In this document: one piece after another, positions 1-9,021 of the stretch
Layout of the letters: every line of letters starts with the position of its first letter
Position numbering within the stretch: the first letter of the stretch is position 1
Assembly (NCBI GenBank): GCA_963718895.1
Contig: CAVRAG010000008.1
Span: forward strand, 512,001 to 576,000
Source of the DNA: an uncultured Nitrososphaerota archaeon
Lineage (GTDB): Archaea; Thermoproteota; Nitrososphaeria; Nitrososphaerales; Gagatemarchaeaceae
Length of the DNA stretch: 64,000 bases
Direction of reading: 5' to 3'
The notes under the pieces: model-generated
The model's input: the letters and a program-made list of their open reading frames with translations, nothing else
Told to the model about the DNA's origin: nothing
Databases searched by the model: none
Made by a program: the position numbers and the translations under genes

Positions 1-1939
1 TGAGAAGAAGCCCGTCATCCATTACCATCCCGGGTCGAAGATATTCTCCATCGCGACGACAGGATGCTCATGGTTGTGTCATCCTGCAGGGGCCAAGATA
101 CTTATGGCGAACGGGAAGACGAAGAGTGTGGAGGACGTAGCTCAGGGCGACAGCCTCTGGTCCTACGACCTCGGTGCAGGCATGGAGATTCACCCAAACG
201 TCGTCACGCATACGGCTACAAGGACAGCTGAAATCTGGCAGATTCGGTATGGCAATCATTCGCACGGTAGCTTGCTTCTCACCGCCGAGCATCCGGTGTT
301 GACGAAGGACGGCTGGAAGAAGGCGAGCGAGCTCAAAGTTGGAGAGAATATCCTAAGGGTGTGGAATCAGATCACAGAGTCCCGGATTGAGAAGCAGACG
401 GCCGCGATAAAGACTCGCAGGTTCGTCTGTCGGAAGTGTGGAGACTCGTTCGAGGGCATCGTGGAATGGAATAGACATCGCGGGGGATGCTACACCGAGG
501 GACTAGTGCGTTCAGAGGAGCAACTGACCAGATACAGCCAGCGGATGAAGGAGCACAACCCGATGAAGGATCCCGTGGTTGCTGCGAGGGCAATTGCTTC
601 AAGTAAGCAGAGATTTCTCGTCGACCCAACCCACGGCTGGAACAGAAACATTGATCGACTACGGGGCTGGCTGCACGCGCATCCCTCAACATCCCAGCTC
701 CTTCTTTACGTGCTTCTGGACGAACTGGGAATCTGTTATGAGCGCGAGTACAGAATTCGCTTAGAAGTTGCGATTCCATCTTCGAAATCGTCTTACATCG
801 CGGACGCGGCACTGTTGCCGGCCAAGCTCGACATCGAAGTCGATGGGTGGTGGCACTACAACAACGAGGACGTCAAGGCCTCGGACAAGGTCAGGAACGA
901 GGCCCTGAAAGTAAATGGGTGGGAGACTCTGAGAATCTCCGGAGCCTACCTATACAATCATCCGGAAGAGGTGAAGAAGCTAATCCTCGAGCGCCTCGCT
1001 AATGCGCCTATGGTCAACATGCGATACTGGGTAGAGGTCAAATCAGTCACGCGGACTTCCAGGGTGGAAAAGGTATACGGCTTGGAAACGATTCCGGACC
1101 ACAACTATGTTGCCGATGGAATACTCGTGCATAATTGTCGCTACTGCCAGAACAGCGAGATCAGCCAGCGTAGGAGGATTGAGGGGAAAGACGCGACGCC
1201 CTCGCAGGTCGTGGAACTCGCAGAAAAGAATGGCTGCGAGGGAATCGCCTACACCTACAACGAGCCCTCAATCTTCATCGAGTACGCTCGCGACGTCGGC
1301 AAGATCGCACACAAGAAGGGCATCTTCAACATCTTCGTCTCCAACGGATACGACACGCCAGAATCTGTGGGAGCAATGGGCGAGTTCCTCGACTGCTTGA
1401 CCGTCGACTTCAAAGGCAGCGGGGAGACCGGGTTCGTAAGGAAGTACATAGGCATCCCAAACGCCGAGCCAATCTTCCAGACACTCCTGGAGGTGAAGCG
1501 CCGGACGAAGATCCATGTCGAAATCACCGACCTCATCGTTCCAGGCGTGGGCGACGATCTGGAGACCGCACGGAAGCTCGCAAGATGGGTATACGATAAC
1601 CTCGGCCCGGACACGCCGATCCACTTTCTGAGGTTCCACCCCGACTACAAAATGATGGAGATCCCGGTCACCCCAGTCAGGACGTTGGAGAGGCACTGCG
1701 AGATGGCGAAGAAAGAGGGTTTGAGATACGCCTACATCGGGAACGTGCCGGGGCATCCCGCAGAGAACACCTACTGCCCCGGATGCAAGGCGCTCCTGAT
1801 CGAGCGAACAGGGTACGACATCGGAGCCTATACCCTCGACGACAGAGGGAGGTGCAAGTCGTGCGGCTACCAGACCCCGATCGTAGGGCCCTTGAGCAAA
1901 TCAGCGAGAGAGTACCGGTTCATCCCGGTCATCGGATGA
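1..1939 (+). CDS. AmmeMemoRadiSam-system radical SAM enzyme (PFL-activase-like), 5'-partial, interrupted by an intein
   Basis: Frame 2 reads EKKPVIHYHPGSKIFSIATTGCSWL-[intein]-CRYCQNSEISQ. This restores CxxxCxxC, followed by YTYNEP and a C-terminal CPxC..CxxC. Confidence 0.9.
   Translation, partial: EKKPVIHYHPGSKIFSIATTGCSWLCHPAGAKILMANGKTKSVEDVAQGDSLWSYDLGAGMEIHPNVVTHTATRTAEIWQIRYGNHSHGSLLLTAEHPVLTKDGWKKASELKVGENILRVWNQITESRIEKQTAAIKTRRFVCRKCGDSFEGIVEWNRHRGGCYTEGLVRSEEQLTRYSQRMKEHNPMKDPVVAARAIASSKQRFLVDPTHGWNRNIDRLRGWLHAHPSTSQLLLYVLLDELGICYEREYRIRLEVAIPSSKSSYIADAALLPAKLDIEVDGWWHYNNEDVKASDKVRNEALKVNGWETLRISGAYLYNHPEEVKKLILERLANAPMVNMRYWVEVKSVTRTSRVEKVYGLETIPDHNYVADGILVHNCRYCQNSEISQRRRIEGKDATPSQVVELAEKNGCEGIAYTYNEPSIFIEYARDVGKIAHKKGIFNIFVSNGYDTPESVGAMGEFLDCLTVDFKGSGETGFVRKYIGIPNAEPIFQTLLEVKRRTKIHVEITDLIVPGVGDDLETARKLARWVYDNLGPDTPIHFLRFHPDYKMMEIPVTPVRTLERHCEMAKKEGLRYAYIGNVPGHPAENTYCPGCKALLIERTGYDIGAYTLDDRGRCKSCGYQTPIVGPLSKSAREYRFIPVIG
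77..1135 (+). mobile_element. Intein (353 aa) with Zn-finger, NUMOD3-like segment and Vsr/DUF559-type endonuclease
   Basis: Block A CHPAGAKILMANG, block B LTAEHPVLT, block F/G VYGLET..NYVADGILVHN|C. Internal motifs are CRKC..H...C and DAAL...IEVDGWWH...GWETLRI. Confidence 0.9.
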
Positions 1940-2867
1940 TCGCACGCGACTCCTTGAGGAACCTCTCGGCATCCAGAGCAGCCTTGCAACCATCGGCCGC
2001 CGCCGTGACCGCCTGCCTGTAGCGGAAGTCCCGGACGTCTCCCGCGACGAAGACGCCCCTGACGTTCGTCTCGGTCTCGTTCTTCGCTATGAGGTACCCG
2101 TTGGCGTCCATGTCCAGCTGCCCCTTGAAGATCTCGGTGTTGGGGTCGTAGCCTATCGCCACGAAGAGCCCGTCGAACGGGAGCGACCTCTCCTCGCCGG
2201 TCTTGAGGTTCCTGACCTTCACCCCGTCGACCTTCCTCTCCCCCATGACCTCGGTCACCGCCGAGTCCCAGATGAAGCTCAGCTTAGGGTCGGAGAAGGC
2301 CTCCTTCTGGAGGGCGTTCGAGGCGCGCAGGGCGTCTCTCCGGTGGATCACGGTCACGCTGCTCGCCAGCTGGCTGAGGTAGGTCGCCTCTTCGAGGGCG
2401 GTGTCCCCGCCGCCGACGACCGCCAGCTTCTTCCCTCTGAAGAAGAACCCGTCGCAGACCGCGCAGTTGGAGACACCCTTCCCCATCAGCCTAATCTCAG
2501 ACTCCAGGTTGAGCCTCCGCGGGTTCGCGCCGCTGGCGACTATCAGGCTCAGGGCCTTTCTCTCCTCGTTCGGGGTCTTGACCACGAAGGGGTAGGTCTT
2601 CAGGTTCACCTCGATCACGTCGTCCTGTATCAGCTTGGTGCCCACCCTCTCGGCCTGGGCCCTCATGTGTTCCATGAGGTCGGGACCCATGACCGGATCC
2701 TTGAACCCGGGATAGTTCTCGACGTCGCTCGTTAACATAAGCTGGCCGCCGTATCTCGAGCCCATGTAGACCACTGGGGACAGGCCCGCCCTTGCGCTGT
2801 AGATCGCCGCGGTAAGGCCTGCCGGACCCGAGCCAATTATCACTACGTTGCTTGCGCCATCTTCCAA
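1929..2867 (-). CDS. trxB: Thioredoxin-disulfide reductase
   Basis: GSGPAG, CAVCDG, GGGDTA and GDV..YRQAVTAA motifs. Confidence 0.95.
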   Translation of the reverse strand: MEDGASNVVIIGSGPAGLTAAIYSARAGLSPVVYMGSRYGGQLMLTSDVENYPGFKDPVMGPDLMEHMRAQAERVGTKLIQDDVIEVNLKTYPFVVKTPNEERKALSLIVASGANPRRLNLESEIRLMGKGVSNCAVCDGFFFRGKKLAVVGGGDTALEEATYLSQLASSVTVIHRRDALRASNALQKEAFSDPKLSFIWDSAVTEVMGERKVDGVKVRNLKTGEERSLPFDGLFVAIGYDPNTEIFKGQLDMDANGYLIAKNETETNVRGVFVAGDVRDFRYRQAVTAAADGCKAALDAERFLKESRAIIR

Positions 2868-2940
2868 GGAAAGGACCTTGGTTCGAAACCTCCGAGAGTC
2901 ATTGATAAACCTATTCGAAGAGCAGCAGGTCCATGGTCGC

Positions 2941-4626
2941 CTAGGCCTGCTTTCCTTCCCTCTGGGCCAGGTTGAGGAGGTCCGACAGGTGGTCGGTTGA
3001 GGCGGACCACCTCTTCTTGTAGTTCGGGAGCAGCCTCCGGAAGGTCTCTTCCTTCATCCTCCTGCCGTGGTACTGGTCGTAGAGGTTCAGGAGGTCCTTT
3101 GCCGAACGGTCCTCCTCCCGCTCGGCATCCTGTATCTGGCCGATGAGGTCGAGGAAGCGCTTGGAGCCGGCCGTCTGCCTTATCTCGTTGAGCCTGTTCG
3201 TGGCCCTGGTCTTCAGTGAGTCGATCTCGTTCCGGACCTTCGTCAGCTCGGCCCTGGTGACGGCGCCCTGGGACTTCCCGGCTACCTCCGTCTGGAACTG
3301 ACCGAAGAGGGCGATCTTGTCCTCGAGCCCCTTGATGAGGTCCGGCAGCATGCTCGTGACGGTCTTCTCTTCCTCCTCCTCCCCTTCCTTCTTCTTGGTC
3401 TCGGGGCGTCTGAGCGCTAGCACGATGAAAGCGGCGGCGAAGAGCACCGAAGCGATCGGGACCGCCTGGTCGGCGGCCCACCCGGCGCTGACTGAGTAGC
3501 TGACTGTGATGGAACCCTGTTCGATGGAGGTCGCGTTGGCGACCACCGTCTTGCTGGACCCCACTGAGTGCATCCCGGTCGGAAGGAGGGTGGTGACGGT
3601 GTAGCTGCCCACGACGGCATCGACGGGAAGGACATAGGGCACAGAGACCGAGACGGTGCTACCTGACGTCTTGATGAGAGAGCTCGGCACTGGGTACTCC
3701 ATCGCGAACGTGAAGTTGTCTCCGGCCGCGATGGGTGCGGTGAACGGCGAGCTCGTCAGGGTTATGGCGCCGTTGGTCAGCGTGACGAGCGTCGGGTCGA
3801 TCGTCGGCGGGGTGCTCCAAGGGACTATCGTTACGCTAGGGAGGCTCGACGAAAGGAGCGAGACAGGAAGGTCGCTTATCGAGTAGGAAGCGAGATTCTG
3901 GAGCGTGACCTGCTGCTCAATCTGGGGATACCCGTTCGTGGTCGGGATAATCGTGCTGACCACACTGGTGACCTTGACGGGCAGGAAGTAAGCCTGGTTT
4001 GTGGCGTTGAGCTTCGCGTACATCGTCGAGATGGTCGGCGTCACATTCGGCTTAGTCACAGAGTACGTCGGCGGAGTGCTGGCGGGGGCGGCTATGAAGC
4101 CCGTGGGGGCGGGAGAGAGGGAGCTCCCGTCAGGGAGCACGACGATCAGGTTCAGGCTGTTCACCTTGAGGTTGACCGATGGGCTCAGAAGCAGCAACGG
4201 ACCGAACGGCTTGGTGGAGCCCGCCGTGAGGTTGAGGATATTGTCTAGGGAGGTCTCGAGCGAGACCCTGCTGTGGGCGCCCGCGGCGAGAGTGGGCGAG
4301 GTCGGCGTAACTGTGAGGGTAGTCACGCTTCCGTTGTCCGCCGGCGACGATTCCGTGTACCCGCTCGAGGGCACGACGGCGAACCGTACCGCGTGGTGGG
4401 CGACCGAGTCGGGGATTCCGAGCTGGAACGATGGGACCTGTACCGTCGAGGTCCCGTTGTTCTGGAAGGTGAAAGTGTCGTTGAGCAGTCCTGCTCCGAA
4501 CACGTTGATGTAATACTCGTGGGTGAAGGTTATCACCGGGGTACCGCTCGTCTGGGCGGTCGCGGGGGCCGCCAAAGAGACCAAAAGCAGAAGCGCTATG
4601 CCCCCAAGCAGGAATCTCCTGATCAA
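2941..4626 (-). CDS. Single-pass membrane protein with ribophorin-I-like architecture
   Basis: Signal peptide, ~400-aa beta-rich ectodomain with two similar halves, one TM helix, charged helical C-terminal domain. Confidence 0.6.
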   Translation of the reverse strand: MIRRFLLGGIALLLLVSLAAPATAQTSGTPVITFTHEYYINVFGAGLLNDTFTFQNNGTSTVQVPSFQLGIPDSVAHHAVRFAVVPSSGYTESSPADNGSVTTLTVTPTSPTLAAGAHSRVSLETSLDNILNLTAGSTKPFGPLLLLSPSVNLKVNSLNLIVVLPDGSSLSPAPTGFIAAPASTPPTYSVTKPNVTPTISTMYAKLNATNQAYFLPVKVTSVVSTIIPTTNGYPQIEQQVTLQNLASYSISDLPVSLLSSSLPSVTIVPWSTPPTIDPTLVTLTNGAITLTSSPFTAPIAAGDNFTFAMEYPVPSSLIKTSGSTVSVSVPYVLPVDAVVGSYTVTTLLPTGMHSVGSSKTVVANATSIEQGSITVSYSVSAGWAADQAVPIASVLFAAAFIVLALRRPETKKKEGEEEEEKTVTSMLPDLIKGLEDKIALFGQFQTEVAGKSQGAVTRAELTKVRNEIDSLKTRATNRLNEIRQTAGSKRFLDLIGQIQDAEREEDRSAKDLLNLYDQYHGRRMKEETFRRLLPNYKKRWSASTDHLSDLLNLAQREGKQA

Positions 4627-4688
4627 CGGAGTTCATAGCCCCATTGAATATGTATTTTAACCATTTTTCTCGGCCCGGAGTGATGATT

Positions 4689-6065
4689 ATGCAGGGGCCG
4701 CACCCGTTCCTCCCGAACCTCGACGAAGAGATAGTCAAGGAGATGCTGAAGCGCGTCGGGGCTTCCTCGATCTCGGAGCTCTTCTCCGACATACCGGCCG
4801 AGCTAGCCCTCAAGAGGAGGCTCGCCATCCCGGAAGGCCAGCCCGAAGCCGTCGTGAGGAAGGACGTGAGCAGGAGGCTTTCACGGAACTCGACGCCCCC
4901 CTCCGCCCTCTGCTTCCTTGGAGGAGGGGTCTGGCCGCACTACATCCCGGCGGCTGTCGAGTCGATAGTCTCCAGACAGGAGTTTTACACCAGCTACACT
5001 CCCTACCAGCCGGAGATAAGCCAGGGGATCCTTCAAGCTCTGTTCGAGTATCAGAGCCTGATGTGCGACCTGCTGGGGATGCAGGCATGCAACAGCTCGA
5101 TGTACGACTGGGCGTCGAGCGCCGCCGAGGCTGTCAGGATGGCCGCCCGCGTGAAGAACAGGGACGTCTTCCTCGTGGCCGAGAGCATAGGCCCCCAGAG
5201 GCTGGGCGTCATCAAGACGTACATCGAGCCGATGGGGCTCGCGCTCCGCACCGTTAAGTTCGACAGGACGACGGGTGAGCTCGACAGGAAGTCTCTGGAC
5301 GAGTGTCTCGGTCCTGACGTGGCCGGGATCTACTTCGAGAATCCGAACTTCTTCGGCGTGATAGAGGAGGGGGCAGAGGAGGCGCTCGAGAAGGTCCACC
5401 GCGCAGGCGGTCTCGGCGTCGTCGGGGTCGACCCGATGTCCCTCTCGGTGCTGAGGGAGCCCGGAAGCTACGGCGCGGACGTCGTCGTGGGGGAGGGGCA
5501 GCCTCTGGGAATATCGATGAACTTTGGCGGTCCCCACCTCGGGATCTTCGCGGTCCGCGAGATGAGCCTTGCCAGGAGCATGCCTGGACGGATGATAGGG
5601 ATGACGACCACCAGGGAAGGCGCCGAGAGGGCCTACTGCATGGTCCTGCAGACGAGGGAACAGCACATAAGGCGGGAGCACGCCTCCTCCAACATCTGCA
5701 CGAACCAGGCGCTCCTCGCGGTCGCGGCGGCAAGCTACCTCTCGCTCCTCGGGAAGAACGGCTTCGCCAGGCTCGGCGAGGTGATCCTGGGGAACTCCCA
5801 CTACGCCGCCGAGATGATCGGTGAGGTCGACGGGGTCGAGTCCCCGCTGTTCGAGGGACCATTCTTCAAAGAGTTCGCAGTGCGGTACAGGGCCTCCAAG
5901 GCGAGCGACGTGCATAGGAAGCTGTCCGAGAGGGGCATTCTCGGCGGCTACCCTCTGACCAGGGAGTTCCCAGGGATCGGCGAGGCAGGAGGTTACTGCG
6001 TCACCGAGGTCCATTCGTCGGACGACATCTCCCAGCTGGTGGGTGCGTTGAGGGAGGCGGTCTGA
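4689..6065 (+). CDS. gcvPA: Glycine dehydrogenase subunit 1
   Basis: YTSYTPYQPEISQG, GGPHLG and LQTREQHIRRE..SSNICTNQAL. Confidence 0.95.
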   Translation: MQGPHPFLPNLDEEIVKEMLKRVGASSISELFSDIPAELALKRRLAIPEGQPEAVVRKDVSRRLSRNSTPPSALCFLGGGVWPHYIPAAVESIVSRQEFYTSYTPYQPEISQGILQALFEYQSLMCDLLGMQACNSSMYDWASSAAEAVRMAARVKNRDVFLVAESIGPQRLGVIKTYIEPMGLALRTVKFDRTTGELDRKSLDECLGPDVAGIYFENPNFFGVIEEGAEEALEKVHRAGGLGVVGVDPMSLSVLREPGSYGADVVVGEGQPLGISMNFGGPHLGIFAVREMSLARSMPGRMIGMTTTREGAERAYCMVLQTREQHIRREHASSNICTNQALLAVAAASYLSLLGKNGFARLGEVILGNSHYAAEMIGEVDGVESPLFEGPFFKEFAVRYRASKASDVHRKLSERGILGGYPLTREFPGIGEAGGYCVTEVHSSDDISQLVGALREAV

Positions 6066-7541
6066 TTGGCACGAAACTACAGACAGGCGCGCTGGGACGA
6101 GCCGCTGATATCGGAGCTCAGCAGGAAGGGAAGGGCCGGGTTCGTGCCCCCCACCGACGCAAGGATCGAGGCCTGGAAGAAGGGGAGAGAGCTCCTGCCG
6201 GCCAACCTCAGGAGGACGGAACTCAGGCTGCCCGAGATAGCCGAGCTACAGGTGCTGAGACACTTCAACAGGCTCTCGCAGATGAACTTCTCGGTGGAGA
6301 CGGGGACCTACCCGCTCGGGAGCTGCACGATGAAGTACAACCCCAAGGTCTCCGAGTACATCGCCGGGACTCCCGGCATGAAGGAAGCGCACCCGCTCCA
6401 GCCGGAGGAGACGCTACAGGGGCTCATCGGAATATTCTACGACCTCTCACAGATGCTCTGTGAGATCACCGGAATGAACGGCTTCTCGCTCAGCCCGGCC
6501 GCCGGGGCGCAGGGAGAGTTCGCGGGGGTCCTGATGATCAGGAAGTACCTCCGCGACCACGGGGGAGCCGGGAGGGATGAGATCCTCGTGCCCGACTCGG
6601 CCCACGGAACCAACCCCGCAAGCGCCGCGATGGGTGGGTTCAGGGTCGTGAAGGTCGCTTCCGACGAGCGAGGCCTGGTCAGAGCGAGCGAGGTACGGAA
6701 GCTCGTATCCGAGAAGACCGCCGGGATGATGCTCACTGTGCCCAACACCCTCGGCCTCTTCGAGAGCGAGGTGGAGGAGGTCTCACGCGCCGTCCACGAC
6801 GCCGGCGGCCTGATGTACTACGACGGCGCCAACATGAACGCGCTCCTGGGGAAGGCGCGACCGGGCGACATGGGATTCGACATCGTCCACCTCAACCTAC
6901 ACAAGACCTTCGCGACTCCCCACGGCGGTGGGGGTCCCGGGGCCGGCCCGGTGGGGGTCACCCAGAGGCTCACGGAGTATCTCCCCGTCCCCGTGGTCAC
7001 CAAGAAGGGGGAGACCTATCACCTCGACTACGACCTTCCCAAGAGCATCGGGAGGCTGAAGGGGAGCTACGCCAACTCGGCGATACTCCTGAGGGCGTAC
7101 TGCTACATCAGGCTGCTGGGCTCGGACGGGCTCGATTCGGTCTCGAGCCTCTCCGTCCTCGCCGCCAACTACCTGCTCTCGAAGCTCGACCCGACCGCCT
7201 ATCCGCTGTTGCAGGGCAAGGGGCTGCGGAGGAAGCACGAGGCGGTGGTCTCTGTGAACGGGTCGCACAGCGGCGGCGCCATGAAGGTCGCCAAGGCCCT
7301 CTTGGACTATGGGGTTCACTCACCGACGGTGTACTTCCCCCTGACGGTAGAGGAGGCGCTGATGATAGAGCCGACCGAGACCGAGACGCTCGAGGCGCTC
7401 GACGAGTACGCCGATCTGCTCAACGACCTGTACGGGAGGTTGGAGAGGGGCGAGCTCGAGCACGAGCCCAAGAACACGACCGTCGGCAGGATCGACGAAG
7501 TGAAGGCTTCTCACCCTCTCTCCCTTAAGGTTAAGTGGTGA
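6066..7541 (+). CDS. gcvPB: Glycine dehydrogenase subunit 2
   Basis: YPLGSCTMKYNP and the PLP-lysine motif HLNLHKTFATPHGGGGPG. Confidence 0.95.
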   Translation: MARNYRQARWDEPLISELSRKGRAGFVPPTDARIEAWKKGRELLPANLRRTELRLPEIAELQVLRHFNRLSQMNFSVETGTYPLGSCTMKYNPKVSEYIAGTPGMKEAHPLQPEETLQGLIGIFYDLSQMLCEITGMNGFSLSPAAGAQGEFAGVLMIRKYLRDHGGAGRDEILVPDSAHGTNPASAAMGGFRVVKVASDERGLVRASEVRKLVSEKTAGMMLTVPNTLGLFESEVEEVSRAVHDAGGLMYYDGANMNALLGKARPGDMGFDIVHLNLHKTFATPHGGGGPGAGPVGVTQRLTEYLPVPVVTKKGETYHLDYDLPKSIGRLKGSYANSAILLRAYCYIRLLGSDGLDSVSSLSVLAANYLLSKLDPTAYPLLQGKGLRRKHEAVVSVNGSHSGGAMKVAKALLDYGVHSPTVYFPLTVEEALMIEPTETETLEALDEYADLLNDLYGRLERGELEHEPKNTTVGRIDEVKASHPLSLKVKW

Positions 7542-7560
7542 GGCGGGAGCAAGACTGCGC

Positions 7561-7851
7561 ATGTCCGAGGAACTGGCGACTAGGGCAAAGGAGGCCATCT
7601 ACGGTCTGGTCGAGGAGGAGACCGGGAGGAAGCTCGGAGAGCTGACGATAGTGACGGAGGTCGTGGAGGTCGCTCCAGGCGCGATAAAGGTCAGGTTCAC
7701 GCCCCTCACCGCCTACAGCCCCACCGCCGTCGATCTGGGAAGGAGGATAAGGGACGCAGCCGGGAAGGTGGAGGGGGTGAACAAGACGGTCGTGGAGTGC
7801 GACGGGCACATGCAGGACGAGCTCGTAAACAAGCTCGTCAACCCTGCCTAG
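7561..7851 (+). CDS. DUF59/FeS-assembly-like small protein
   Basis: 96 aa with V.E.ETG..L.EL.IV and RFTP..AYSP.A..L...I pattern; the usual Cys is replaced. Confidence 0.55.
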   Translation: MSEELATRAKEAIYGLVEEETGRKLGELTIVTEVVEVAPGAIKVRFTPLTAYSPTAVDLGRRIRDAAGKVEGVNKTVVECDGHMQDELVNKLVNPA

Positions 7852-7992
7852 CCCGTCTTGCCCTCATCCAGGGCTACATAGCATGCTTCCGTAGTGATCT
7901 TCTGTAGTTAGTGTACATTCTGTAAACCATTGGTGGAAGGTTTTGACCCCGAGGCTGATTAATCCTGAGGCTGTACAGGATAGACTCACAAG

Positions 7993-9012
7993 ATGTCAAT
8001 CGCCTCTTCTGGTCAAGTTTTGGCTCTCGGCATCGGCAGCGCCGGGGCAAGAATCGTATCCGCACTCAGCAAACAGACGACGCTGGTCGACAGGTTCGCG
8101 TACATCTCCTGCGACCCGGCGGACTTGGCGTCCGTCGAGGGCGGTCAGAAGGTCCTGATCGAGTGTCCGATCGACCAGAAGCTCACACCGTCCATGGTCC
8201 GGGGCCTCTCTATCCCCTATCAGTCTCAGATGCGGACGCTGGTGGAGGGAGCCAAGGTCGTATTCATCGTAGCCGGCCTCGGGCGTGCGACCGGGAGTGG
8301 TCTCGCCCCCGTCGTGGCGGAGCTCGCGAAGGAGAGCGGTGCGGACACCGTCAGCATCGCGGTCATGCCGTTCGGCTTCGAGGAGAAGCTAAGGTTCTAT
8401 GCAGGCCTTGCGCTCAGGCGCCTCAGGAACGTTTCGAGGGGCGTGGTCGTGGTCGACAACGACACCCTGCTCAAGAGCACGTCGGACGCGACCCTGAAGG
8501 AGATCTACGAGATGGCGAACTCCGAGGCTGTGACCGCTCTCGGCTCTCTGCTTTCGAGACAGTCCGAAGACTCCATCCCGGTGGGGCTCAACAAGGTGCT
8601 GGGGACGGTCTTCGAGGGTGGTTACTCGTTCCTCAGCTCCGCTTCGTCCGGGTCTGTGGACAAGACCGAGGAGGCGCTCTCGCGGGCGGTCATTGGGATA
8701 AGCAAGAGGGCGGAGACGAAGGAGGCGAATCACGCCGTGGTGGTCCTCACCGGGGACTCAGGTCTCAGAGCCGGAGAGACCGCGACCGCCGTCAAGCGCC
8801 TGGGCTCCATGTTCGGGAACAGCGCCATAGACGTCGAGTACAGCGTCAGTTACACGGGAGGTTCGCAGCTTCAGGTGAGCGTCCTGGCCTCTGGGTTCAA
8901 GGCGACGAGCTACGACGAGTTCGACCCGCTTGCGTCCCTGCGGACAGTCATAGACGACAGCATGGACTACTCCCTCCCCTCGGGGCTCGAGGGCCTGCGC
9001 TCGTGCGAGTGA
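7993..9012 (+). CDS. ftsZ: Divergent FtsZ/tubulin-family GTPase
   Basis: GIGSAG, AGLGRATGSG signature, MPFGFE, VVDND; T7 loop degenerate. Confidence 0.75.
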   Translation: MSIASSGQVLALGIGSAGARIVSALSKQTTLVDRFAYISCDPADLASVEGGQKVLIECPIDQKLTPSMVRGLSIPYQSQMRTLVEGAKVVFIVAGLGRATGSGLAPVVAELAKESGADTVSIAVMPFGFEEKLRFYAGLALRRLRNVSRGVVVVDNDTLLKSTSDATLKEIYEMANSEAVTALGSLLSRQSEDSIPVGLNKVLGTVFEGGYSFLSSASSGSVDKTEEALSRAVIGISKRAETKEANHAVVVLTGDSGLRAGETATAVKRLGSMFGNSAIDVEYSVSYTGGSQLQVSVLASGFKATSYDEFDPLASLRTVIDDSMDYSLPSGLEGLRSCE

Positions 9013-9021
9013 GCTACCCGC

